In this document: piece after piece, positions 42,439 to 51,595 of the stretch
Layout of the letters: every line of letters starts with the position of its first letter
Numbering within the stretch: the first letter of the stretch is position 1
Made by a program: the position numbers and the translations under genes
The notes under the pieces: generated by a model
What the model was told of the DNA's origin: nothing
Databases searched by the model: none
Seen by the model: the letters and a program-made list of their open reading frames with translations, nothing else
Assembly: GCA_947589055.1 (NCBI GenBank)
Contig: CANPZL010000001.1
Span: 58,697 to 122,696 of the forward strand
Direction of reading: 5' to 3'
From: an uncultured Lachnospiraceae bacterium
GTDB taxonomy: Bacteria > Bacillota > Clostridia > Lachnospirales > Lachnospiraceae
Length of the DNA: 64,000 nucleotides

Positions 42439-45291
42439 TCAATCCTCCAGCTTTCCGATGGAAAGGAATCCGTTTTCGCCCGCCGACAGCAGCCTTGAAA
42501 GTCCAACTGTCTGATTGGCCCGGTCACCGGTTGCCACATAAGTCTCTCCGGATTCCACCAACGATCTGGCAATTTCAAATACTCTATCCTTAAAACCAAG
42601 CAATTCAATCTTACTTTCCGAACTCAGTTTAAACAGATACTGATTCTTTGCGCTGACTAATAAAATACTAAAGGCACATACCTCTCCGCTGATATTTGTC
42701 ATAGCAGAGCCGATCAACCTGGAATTCACCACCATTATATCCGCATGTTCTACGGGCAAATATTCACCTAGAATAAGCTTATACACCTTTAAAAATTCTT
42801 CTTCCGCTTCCGCCTGTATCGGCATTTCCGCAACTGCAAATTCTACAACAGAATCCGCTATCCGAATCGTTCCGCCCTCATCATTGATGACTGCTGTATA
42901 TTCCTTCGGTACAGACAGCTTAAAGAATTTATTATCAATAATCTTATAGCCTTCTTTTTCCTGTACCTGACGATATAACAAATCCGGGAAGGCGCCCTCC
43001 AAGCGATTCATGGAAATCAAAGCATTCTCATTTCCCTTTTTCGCCTGCTCACGCAACTGTTCGTAAAGCTTTATCGTATCATCCGTCATGGACGGAGATA
43101 AGGCGGCAATCCGTTCAATGGCTGGCGCATATCCATTGATTGCAGCTTTATAGTATATTCTTAACATATCCTCCTTAGGCAGTCCCTGTCTTGCCTTTTC
43201 ATCTATCACCTCACACAAGGTTTCATTATCAAACCCTTCAAAGCCAAGATCCAAAGCCCGCTCCAATAGTTTTTTCCCGATTCCGCCATCCCGAAGATCT
43301 CCATCTTTTTCCCGGTTACGCACAATCACGCCATAACGGTAAAATGCCTCTGGGCTTCCCAGATTACAGGCTGTTTTAAACGCTTCCTCTATCTCATGCT
43401 CCGTTGCTAGATAAAATACCTGATTCTGTTTCTTTAATGCCACCTGCAATGCCGTTTCCGCATTTCCTTCTTCTATTTCTTTTTCCCAGCGATTCACCGC
43501 GAGTTGAAGTTCTTCACCATTGAGAGCCTCTATATCCTCGATATACGCTCTTGCCTCAGCGATCCCATTTTCAGCCGCTTTCTTAAAATAATCCAATGCA
43601 AGTGAACCATCCCGCTTTGAACGCAGAAGTCCATAATAGTATAACCGTCCAAGATAAAATGGCACCCGTTGATGCCCTAATTCATCTGCCTTTTCATACC
43701 AATTCAACGCCTGAATATAATCTCGCTTCTGCTGCTCATAAATCGTACCGATCAAAAAGGCCAGTTCTGAATCATCATTCGCCTCAAACAACTGCTTAGC
43801 AAGGGACAAGGCCTTTTCATGGTTTACATACGGACTGTCCTCATCGTAATACAATTCAATCAACAAATAGCTTGCTTTCTTACTTCCTACATTTAAGGCT
43901 TTACGGGCAAATTCCATCGCTTTATCATACTGTCCCAGAAAATAATAGAACACTGCCTCACTATAATACTGCTGATCTTTTCGGTTTGCACTCTCATCAC
44001 TGATAACCGTAGGATCAACAAAAGCAAATGAATTCGCAATCTCAAAAATAATCTCTTCGTACTGTTCTATGATTTCCATAGTAGCGCAGACAAATTTTAT
44101 ACATGCCATCCGGTTCCTCTGCTGGAACGCAAAGGTAACAATTCCTTTCTCCATCTCTCTGTGATAATAGGTAGCACAGATACCATCTACATATTCCGTG
44201 ATATATTCCTGAATATTTAAATCATAATCCAAAATATCATTATCATAGCGAAGGAATAATTCCAGATCACGAGTGGATTCCTTGGGTACACTATCATAGG
44301 TGACATAAATTGCGAAATCCCGATACGTCTGGCTTGGAGCGTAATACTCTTCCTCTGCATCTTCATTTACCACCTTTACCCAGTCCTTTGGCAATTTATG
44401 GATATATCCCTCTACTTCGTCATGAACATATGTATACTGATACTGGAGTTTTGAACCTTCAATCGTCTTAAAACGATATTCGATATTCTGACTTTTTCTT
44501 CGTTCAGCTATCTTGGCATACAGCTTTTCCTTTTCTTCAAACTCTAAGCTGTCTGTGTTGTTCAATGCATAATCCACCCGTTCAAAACCGGCTTTCCCCT
44601 GTTCATCATCCAGTTCTGCCAGCTTCTCATAATAAGTTCTCGCCTTTTCCAGATTGATTTCAATTACCGTATCTCCCCGATTCCCAAATGTATCGTATTT
44701 ATACAATCCTTCTTCATAAATACTTCCCAGCTTCAACAATGCCGGTTTATCATTCCGGGCAGCCGCCTTTTCCAGATAAGACAACGCCTTACTATAATTA
44801 TTTTTATTCAATAAATCTCTTGCTACTTTAAAATAGATTTCCCCATCCGGATCCAGATCCAGAAGCTGTTCATAATAACCGATGGCTTTTTCATGATTTA
44901 CCTGTACAGTAGAATTGCCATAGCTGCCATTTTCATATAATTCTCCCAGAATCCGAAGCGCCTGACAGCCACTGTATGTATTTCGCTGGGGATCCTCTTC
45001 GATCAACTCTATCGCATCTTCCAGTTTCTTTATAGCATCTACCGCTTTCCCTTCATTCAAGAAATCAACAGCCTCGTTTACTGCGTCTTCTGCCGGATTA
45101 TCTGACTTCCTGTATCCTTTGGATGTGTTTGTTTCTAACAAGCGGTCAATAAATGCGATTTTTCCCATTGCAATCAAAATACCAAGTGCAAGCAGAACGA
45201 TCGCAAGCAGGATTCCGACACTTCCTTTTATTACAATGCCTAATATAATTCCAATGATGCCCACTATGCCAGCAACAATATACCTTTTCAT
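42439..45291 (-). CDS. Large membrane-anchored Sel1/TPR-repeat protein
   Basis: 950 aa with N-terminal TM helices. Several Sel1-like repeats are visible (..ALSYLEKAAARNDKPALLKLGSIYEEGLY.., ..ALNWYEKADELGHQRVPFYLGRLYYYG.., ..ALDYFKKAAENGIAEA..). The middle and C-terminal regions are uncharacterised. Confidence 0.7.
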   Translation of the reverse strand: MKRYIVAGIVGIIGIILGIVIKGSVGILLAIVLLALGILIAMGKIAFIDRLLETNTSKGYRKSDNPAEDAVNEAVDFLNEGKAVDAIKKLEDAIELIEEDPQRNTYSGCQALRILGELYENGSYGNSTVQVNHEKAIGYYEQLLDLDPDGEIYFKVARDLLNKNNYSKALSYLEKAAARNDKPALLKLGSIYEEGLYKYDTFGNRGDTVIEINLEKARTYYEKLAELDDEQGKAGFERVDYALNNTDSLEFEEKEKLYAKIAERRKSQNIEYRFKTIEGSKLQYQYTYVHDEVEGYIHKLPKDWVKVVNEDAEEEYYAPSQTYRDFAIYVTYDSVPKESTRDLELFLRYDNDILDYDLNIQEYITEYVDGICATYYHREMEKGIVTFAFQQRNRMACIKFVCATMEIIEQYEEIIFEIANSFAFVDPTVISDESANRKDQQYYSEAVFYYFLGQYDKAMEFARKALNVGSKKASYLLIELYYDEDSPYVNHEKALSLAKQLFEANDDSELAFLIGTIYEQQKRDYIQALNWYEKADELGHQRVPFYLGRLYYYGLLRSKRDGSLALDYFKKAAENGIAEARAYIEDIEALNGEELQLAVNRWEKEIEEGNAETALQVALKKQNQVFYLATEHEIEEAFKTACNLGSPEAFYRYGVIVRNREKDGDLRDGGIGKKLLERALDLGFEGFDNETLCEVIDEKARQGLPKEDMLRIYYKAAINGYAPAIERIAALSPSMTDDTIKLYEQLREQAKKGNENALISMNRLEGAFPDLLYRQVQEKEGYKIIDNKFFKLSVPKEYTAVINDEGGTIRIADSVVEFAVAEMPIQAEAEEEFLKVYKLILGEYLPVEHADIMVVNSRLIGSAMTNISGEVCAFSILLVSAKNQYLFKLSSESKIELLGFKDRVFEIARSLVESGETYVATGDRANQTVGLSRLLSAGENGFLSIGKLED

Positions 45292-45413
45292 TGATACACC
45301 CTCGTTTCCATAAAGTTCTGAATCATCTATCTATGTTTTACACATTATCCATATAAAATAGTACTATTTTATTCTATCACATACCAAATCCAACTGCAAC
45401 ACTTCCAAAACGC

Positions 45414-45454
45414 AAAAAAGGTATCTCCAAAACCGTCTGTTTTGAAGATACCTT
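45414..45454 (-). terminator. Rho-independent terminator
   Basis: A 16-bp stem (aaggtatctccaaaac / gttttgaagatacctt) with one mismatch is followed by a T6 run on the minus strand. Confidence 0.75.
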
Positions 45455-45467
45455 CATGATTCCTTCT

Positions 45468-46241
45468 CTAAAAGATTCCGTTGTATAAAGTACCTGAAAG
45501 AGAATCTACATAACCTGCACTGCTGTTATATAAGGAGTTTGAAGAAACTGCATTGTTTGACAGATTATATATGTCAGAGGCCCTCTGATACATCTTAGCC
45601 GCAACGGAAACCGAGCCGTTAAACATACTTTTGACATCCAGCATATCTGCTTCCTTAAATGCCTTTTCATCAATCGATAAGGTATTGTCAGAATTTATCG
45701 TGATGCCAATATCCTTCAATGCATTTTCATAATTAGCCATATCGCCAATCATGTTCACACCTTTTCGAAGAATAGAAGCATTGTTCGACTTTCCCGCCTG
45801 ACCGATCAGTGCATTATAATCCTCTGTAAATTTCTTTACCGCATTATAAATCTTGTCGGTATCATACTGCAAGGAAACCTTTCCGGTTTCAGCATCTTTA
45901 ACCTCTACTTTCCGGAACAGGGAATCTGTACCTCTTTCCATCAAAGCATCCGCCGATTTCTTCAGTGCATCCGCCTTCGTTTTGGTTTCAAGCAGTCCTT
46001 TCTTTGCAGTAGTGTCTGCCTTCTCCGTCGTTTCCTTTGAAGATGACTTTGTCGTTTTTGTATCGCCGGACTCCTGTGCATAATACGCTTTTACCAAAGT
46101 CCGATACGCACCGCTCCGAATCATCGAATAATCTCCTAATGAACTGTATAAGGAGCCAAATCCAGACGAACCGGTACCGCCCAGCATGCTGTTAAAAAAA
46201 TTAGAATTCAGATAAGAATTCACTCCAAAAAAATTTGCCAT
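45468..46241 (-). CDS. Hypothetical protein; C-terminal half weakly resembles FliD (flagellar cap)
   Basis: The ATG at 46241 has an AAAGGAG RBS; the track start at 46295 has none. MANFFGVNSYLNS..; ..ALKDIGITINSDNTLSIDEKAFKEADMLDVKSMFNG.. resembles the FliD C-terminal region. Confidence 0.35.
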   Translation of the reverse strand: MANFFGVNSYLNSNFFNSMLGGTGSSGFGSLYSSLGDYSMIRSGAYRTLVKAYYAQESGDTKTTKSSSKETTEKADTTAKKGLLETKTKADALKKSADALMERGTDSLFRKVEVKDAETGKVSLQYDTDKIYNAVKKFTEDYNALIGQAGKSNNASILRKGVNMIGDMANYENALKDIGITINSDNTLSIDEKAFKEADMLDVKSMFNGSVSVAAKMYQRASDIYNLSNNAVSSNSLYNSSAGYVDSLSGTLYNGIF

Positions 46242-46369
46242 TTCTATCACTCCTTTGTCACATATGGTGGGAATCCGTTCCCATTTTTCTGGCATCTACA
46301 TATCATAAAATATGTCTTAACTCATATATCGGTTATATTATACAATACTTAATATAAGAATTCAAGTAT

Positions 46370-46624
46370 TTATGCCTGCAAAAAGTCTGCTATTCCTTCT
46401 ATTGCAGATTTCTCGTCCACACCATCGCAGGATACAAGCAGTTCATCGCCCTGCTCCAAAGCCAAGCTCATCATTCCCATGATACTCTTTGCATTGATCT
46501 TTTTATCCTCCAGCTCCAGATAGATCCTGCTTTCATATTGACTGGCGACCTGCACAAACATTGCGATTGGTGGTCTGGCCTCCGGGTCCTCTTTAATATT
46601 AACGACCATTTTCTTCGTAGTCAT
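46370..46624 (-). CDS. crh: HPr-family phosphocarrier-like protein lacking His15 (Crh-like)
   Basis: 84 aa. ..EDPEARPPIAMFV.. has Glu where HPr has His15 (GLHARPA). The Ser46 region INAKSIMGMMSL is conserved. It sits directly after whiA, as crh does in B. subtilis. Confidence 0.75.
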   Translation of the reverse strand: MTTKKMVVNIKEDPEARPPIAMFVQVASQYESRIYLELEDKKINAKSIMGMMSLALEQGDELLVSCDGVDEKSAIEGIADFLQA

Positions 46625-46692
46625 ACCATTCTCTCCTTGTAACCTCGTATTGTTTTTCCGTATGATCTTAATATGCCCGATATTTAACCTTC

Positions 46693-46721
46693 ATTATGCC
46701 ACCCGATTGCCAATCTGTCAA
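46693..46721 (-). promoter_or_regulatory. SigA-type promoter for the crh-like gene
   Basis: The minus strand reads TTGACA (46716-21), a 17-nt spacer, then tgG-CATAAT (46693-98), which includes an extended -10 TG. Confidence 0.6.
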
Positions 46722-46748
46722 ATCCTCTTTTCATTTTTGCTTTTTTCT

Positions 46749-47660
46749 CTAACTGAATTCCTCTTCCCGCATGGTTTTAGCCATCTCACTCAGCTTTCTC
46801 AGCCTGTGATTCACACCGGATTTACTTACCGGCGGTTGTAACATTTCGCCTAATTCTTTTAGAGAAATCTCCGGCTCCTGCAGGCGCAGCTCTGCCACCT
46901 GACGTAAGCCTTTACTTAAACTTTGGAATCCCCTTTTTTGTTCAATATACCGTATATCCTCCAGTTGTTTTCTGGCTGCTGTTACCGTTTTATTGATATT
47001 TGCAAGATCACAGTTTACCCTTCGATTGGTGCGATTTCTTACATCCTTTAAAACTCTAACATTTTCCATGTTCATCAGGGCAAGATGCGCCTCCATCACA
47101 TTCAAGGCATCTACGATCATAGAACCCTCTTTTAAATACACCACATAATTTTTTTTTCGCAAGACAATCTTGCCATCTAATTCAAAAAAACGCATGATCT
47201 CCCGTATATCTTCTGCCAATGCAAGGGTCTCACAGGAAATTTCAAAATGATAGGATTTTTCGGGATTATTAACAGAACCACTGGTCAAAAAAGCGCCTCG
47301 CAGGAATGCCCGTTTACAGCAATCCTTCTGTACGATCAGATGGTTTAAAGTGGCAGCCTGTTCCAGCTTACACGCCATCAAAATCCGCCTGCTCTCCTCT
47401 ATATCCGGAATTACCATTTCATATATGGTCTTTTGTTCGGGATAGGTCCGGATTCTTACCTGACAGGGGATTTGAAAAATCCGACGAATGAGCATACCAT
47501 ATTTTCTTGCTACCCGTAAATTCTCCGTTCGAAGCCGAAGCCGGGGGCCTAATATGCAGTCACTCGTCAATAACAATGCTGTCAGCTCTGCGAGTCTGCA
47601 ATGCCGGGCAGTTGGCATTTGACGTACTAATTCTTCTTTTACTTCTGAAGAAAAAGACAT
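46749..47660 (-). CDS. whiA: Sporulation/cell-division regulator WhiA
   Basis: The ATG at 47660 (MSFSSEVKEEL..) lies 4 nt after the rapZ stop. The track start at 47759 overlaps rapZ. A LAGLIDADG-like middle domain and a C-terminal HTH are present. Confidence 0.9.
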   Translation of the reverse strand: MSFSSEVKEELVRQMPTARHCRLAELTALLLTSDCILGPRLRLRTENLRVARKYGMLIRRIFQIPCQVRIRTYPEQKTIYEMVIPDIEESRRILMACKLEQAATLNHLIVQKDCCKRAFLRGAFLTSGSVNNPEKSYHFEISCETLALAEDIREIMRFFELDGKIVLRKKNYVVYLKEGSMIVDALNVMEAHLALMNMENVRVLKDVRNRTNRRVNCDLANINKTVTAARKQLEDIRYIEQKRGFQSLSKGLRQVAELRLQEPEISLKELGEMLQPPVSKSGVNHRLRKLSEMAKTMREEEFS

Positions 47661-47664
47661 GAAA

Positions 47665-48534
47665 TCACCCCTTTGTAATCGTATCCCGTTCAATATCTCT
47701 GTGTTCAATCCTGACACTGCACGCAGACGAGAGTAATACCCGGTAAAGGCTGTTGGCAAGCGTCACAGAACGGTGTTTGCCCCCTGTGCAGCCAATCGCC
47801 ACTACCAGTTGATTTTTTCCTTCCCTCCTATAATTCGGAATCAGAAACAACAACATTTCCTTCAATTTTTCCAAAAATTCAACGGATTCCGGCGCATTCA
47901 TAACAAAATCCTGCACCGGCCTTTCATTTCCGGTCATCGGCTTTAGTTCCGGAATATAATATGGATTCGGAAGGAACCGAACATCCAACACCATATCCGC
48001 ATCTCTTGGAATTCCGTATTTAAATCCAAAGGACACAATAGTCACGATAAAATTGTCATAATCCTGATTTTCTACAAATATTTTTTCTAACTCACTCCGA
48101 AACTCCCGCGTCAGAAGATTCGAGGTATCAATGATAAAGCTTGCCATTTCCCGTAGGAATCCGATCCTTTTCCGTTCCTTTACGATACCGCTTTCAACCC
48201 GTTCTCCCCGTGCAAGAGGATGTGAACGCCGGGTTTCCTTATACCGCTTCACCAATACTTCATCTGTAGCGTCAAGAAACAGTATTTCATAAGGATAGTC
48301 CTGCGCTCGAAATTCTTCCAGATAATCCGATAACCGCCGAAGCTCTCCGCTTCTGATGTCTACCCCGATTGCCACATTATTTACTTCCGTTTTGGAATCA
48401 TACGCAATCTCGGCAAATTTAGGTATCAATTCTACCGGCAGATTATCTACGCAGAAATATCCAAAATCTTCCAACGTCTTCAGAGCCGTACTTTTTCCGG
48501 CCCCTGACATTCCGGTCACAATCACAAATCTCAT
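47665..48534 (-). CDS. rapZ: RNase adapter protein RapZ (YvcJ)
   Basis: 289 aa. MRFVIVTGMSGAGKSTALKTLEDFGYFCVDNLP. Confidence 0.92.
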   Translation of the reverse strand: MRFVIVTGMSGAGKSTALKTLEDFGYFCVDNLPVELIPKFAEIAYDSKTEVNNVAIGVDIRSGELRRLSDYLEEFRAQDYPYEILFLDATDEVLVKRYKETRRSHPLARGERVESGIVKERKRIGFLREMASFIIDTSNLLTREFRSELEKIFVENQDYDNFIVTIVSFGFKYGIPRDADMVLDVRFLPNPYYIPELKPMTGNERPVQDFVMNAPESVEFLEKLKEMLLFLIPNYRREGKNQLVVAIGCTGGKHRSVTLANSLYRVLLSSACSVRIEHRDIERDTITKG

Positions 48535-48572
48535 TTTCTTCTTCCCGCCATCAACGTATCCTGTCTAACCTA

Positions 48573-49490
48573 TCAAAAAAACTCTCCAATCTTACATACT
48601 TCAGGTTCTAAGGTCACCTGAAACTGTTCCTGTACCCGATGGATAACCTCCTGCATGACTGCCTGTATCTCGCTGGCAGTTGCCTGTCCCCGGTTTATCA
48701 CAAAACCGCAATGCTTTTCCGATACCTGGGCATCACCGATGCGAAAACCGGCTAATCCTGCTTCCATGATCAGTTTCCCTGCAAAATGTCCCTCCGGACG
48801 TTTAAAAGTACTGCCTGCGCTGGGATATTCCAATGGCTGCTTCTCCCGTCTTGCTTCATTTAATTCCCGCATTCGAGATGCGATTTTTTTCACATCTCCC
48901 TTCCGTAATTGCAGACGCACCTCTAATATAATATAATTTTTCTCGGATACGATACTTTTTCGGTAACCAAATTCCATTCGATCCTGTGGAAGTATCATTA
49001 TCTCGCCCTCCGGTGTCAGTACGGTCACACTATCTATAATGTCCTTCATTTCACCGCCGTATGCACCAGCATTCATCTTAACCGCTCCTCCTATCGTTCC
49101 CGGTATGCCGGAAGCGAACTCCAAGCCCGTCAATCCTTTCTTCCATGCTGTATTTGCCACCTTACTCAGCAGACACCCTGCCTGTACCCAAAGCGTATCA
49201 TCCTCCGCCGCTTCAATCTGTGCGAATTCATTTCCCAGTTCTATTACAACTCCCCGGATTCCTTTATCGCCAACCAATAGATTACTTCCGTTCCCTATTA
49301 CGTAGTAGGGAAGCGCATATTCTCCACAGCATCGGATAACTGCTTCGATTTCCGTGACACTGGCAGGCTTTACCAATACATCCGCTTTTCCGCCAATACA
49401 AAAGGTAGTATGCAGGCTCATGGGCTCATCTGGCAGTACCCGTTTTTCGTCCAACAATCCCCGAAGCGTTTGCGATATGTCTTCTTCCAT
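48573..49490 (-). CDS. murB: UDP-N-acetylenolpyruvoylglucosamine reductase
   Basis: 305 aa with an FAD-binding PCMH domain. ..IGNGSNLLV.., ..AGSTFKRP.. Confidence 0.92.
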   Translation of the reverse strand: MEEDISQTLRGLLDEKRVLPDEPMSLHTTFCIGGKADVLVKPASVTEIEAVIRCCGEYALPYYVIGNGSNLLVGDKGIRGVVIELGNEFAQIEAAEDDTLWVQAGCLLSKVANTAWKKGLTGLEFASGIPGTIGGAVKMNAGAYGGEMKDIIDSVTVLTPEGEIMILPQDRMEFGYRKSIVSEKNYIILEVRLQLRKGDVKKIASRMRELNEARREKQPLEYPSAGSTFKRPEGHFAGKLIMEAGLAGFRIGDAQVSEKHCGFVINRGQATASEIQAVMQEVIHRVQEQFQVTLEPEVCKIGEFF

Positions 49491-49571
49491 TTCGATCCCT
49501 TTCTGTCGTTTTATTCCTACTATTTAAATCACCATATGTATTCCGGTGACAATTCATTCCTTCCGACTAGC

Positions 49572-50510
49572 TTACCCTAAGATCAGCTTGGCGCCACCGT
49601 AGATACCTGCATCATTACCAAGCGTTGCTAATGCAAACTGAGTATTTCTACAGGCATGGAACGCATAGGTCTCAAAATATTTCTTTGTCGTATCGATCAA
49701 GATCTTTCCAGCCTTGGAAACACCGCCGCCAATCACAAACACTTCCGGATCCACTACACAGGCGACCTGTGCTAATGCACGTCCCAGACACTCACCATGC
49801 GCCTCTACCAGATCGTTTGCCAGTTCATCGCCCTCCTTTGCCGCATCAAATATTTCCTTTGCGGAAATATACTGTACATTTCGCAGCTTAGACGGGGTTT
49901 CCGTATTATTCAACAGAATTTTTGCCTGTCTTACAATACCGGTTGCCGATGTATACTGCTCCAGACAGCCTTTCTTGCCACAGCCGCAGGTTTCCGTTTC
50001 ATCATCGTTCACCTGAATATGTCCGATTTCCCCTCCGGCTCCGTTTACGCCTGCTAACATCTTTCCACCCAGTATAATGCCACCGCCTACACCAGTTCCT
50101 AAAGTAACCATTACTATATCTGTATAGCCCTTTCCGCCTCCCTGCCACATTTCACCCATGGCAGCCATATTGGCGTCGTTTCCGGCCTTTACCGGAAGTC
50201 CGGTCAATTTGCTTAGCTCATCCTCTACGTTAAAGATTCCCCAGCCTAGATTTACACATTTTAAAACGGTTCCGTCCTGCTTTACCGGTCCGGGGACCCC
50301 CATGCCAATCCCTGCAACATCTTCTTTTGAAATTGAGGTTTCACACAACTTATCATCAATCGATTCCGCCACGTCGGATAAAATGTACCGTCCGCCTTCA
50401 TCCTTTCTGGTCGGGATCTCCCACTTTTTTAACAATTCACCTTCTGCTGTAAAAATCCCGATCTTAACCGTAGTGCCTCCAATATCTACTCCGATTGCAT
50501 AACTTGCCAT
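49572..50510 (-). CDS. glcK: ROK-family glucokinase
   Basis: 312 aa. GVDIGGTTVKIG, and the zinc motif CGCGKKGCLEQY. Confidence 0.88.
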   Translation of the reverse strand: MASYAIGVDIGGTTVKIGIFTAEGELLKKWEIPTRKDEGGRYILSDVAESIDDKLCETSISKEDVAGIGMGVPGPVKQDGTVLKCVNLGWGIFNVEDELSKLTGLPVKAGNDANMAAMGEMWQGGGKGYTDIVMVTLGTGVGGGIILGGKMLAGVNGAGGEIGHIQVNDDETETCGCGKKGCLEQYTSATGIVRQAKILLNNTETPSKLRNVQYISAKEIFDAAKEGDELANDLVEAHGECLGRALAQVACVVDPEVFVIGGGVSKAGKILIDTTKKYFETYAFHACRNTQFALATLGNDAGIYGGAKLILG

Positions 50511-50579
50511 TCCTTCTCCTCCTTTATTTCTGCATTTACTCTATGCCCTTTCGACATCTCAAACGGTCTTTCCCGTTTT

Positions 50580-51533
50580 TTATCCTTCCTGTTGTCCCCG
50601 CTGCTGCATATTTCCCGTTACCCGGTCATACAACTCCTGCGCAGCATTGTATCCCATTTTTTTCTGTCTGTGATTTACAGCCGCCGATTCCACGATAATA
50701 GCGATATTCCGACCCGGCCGGATGGGAATGGAGTGACTGACTACCTTATTGCCTAAGATTTCCGTATATTGATCCGTCAGACCCAGCCGGTCATATTCCG
50801 TATCCTTATTCCATTCCTCCAGCTTTATAATCAAGTCTATCGTCTCTGACATTTTCACACACTCAACACCAAACAGCGTTTTAACATTGATGATTCCGAT
50901 TCCCCGCAGTTCGATAAAATGTCTGGTATTATCCGGAGCGGTTCCTACCAGCGTCTCATCACTGACCTTCTTAATAACCACCGCATCATCTGATACCAGA
51001 CGATGTCCGCGTTTTATCAGTTCCAGCGCCGCTTCGCTTTTTCCGATTCCGCTTTCACCCATGATGAGAATTCCTTCACCGTATACATCCACTAAAACCC
51101 CATGAATGGTGATCCTTGGTGCCAATTCTACATGAAGCCAGCGAACTGCCTCATGTACAAAGGAAGACGTGGTAGAATGGGAGGTCAATACCGGAATTCC
51201 ATACTCTCTTGCCAGATCAATAATGAAATCATGGGGTTCCAGTCCCCGGCAAAAGATCAGGCAAGGGATCTTATAAGAAAACAGTTTCTTAAATATCTCC
51301 CGGTTTTCCTCTTCCGTATGCATATTTGCAATATACGCATGCTCTACATTCCCGCAAATCTGAATCCGATTCGCATCAAAATGTTCAAAAAAGCCTGCAA
51401 GCTGAACTGCCGGACGATTAATATCCGGGTCCGTAATCATGATCTTATCCGTATCAATCTCCGGTACATGATTCACCAGATGCAGTTTTTCTATCAAACT
51501 CGTTAAGGGAACCTGATATACTACATTGTCCAT
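50580..51533 (-). CDS. hprK: HPr kinase/phosphorylase
   Basis: The track start is a TTG. The ATG at 51533 has an AAAGGAGA RBS. The P-loop is GESGIGKSE, and ..LRGIGIINV.. is present. Confidence 0.92.
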   Translation of the reverse strand: MDNVVYQVPLTSLIEKLHLVNHVPEIDTDKIMITDPDINRPAVQLAGFFEHFDANRIQICGNVEHAYIANMHTEEENREIFKKLFSYKIPCLIFCRGLEPHDFIIDLAREYGIPVLTSHSTTSSFVHEAVRWLHVELAPRITIHGVLVDVYGEGILIMGESGIGKSEAALELIKRGHRLVSDDAVVIKKVSDETLVGTAPDNTRHFIELRGIGIINVKTLFGVECVKMSETIDLIIKLEEWNKDTEYDRLGLTDQYTEILGNKVVSHSIPIRPGRNIAIIVESAAVNHRQKKMGYNAAQELYDRVTGNMQQRGQQEG

Positions 51534-51595
51534 AATTTTCTCCTTTACAGTTCGAGATATTGAGTGCAAGCGCAGACACCGCTGGACACATTATA

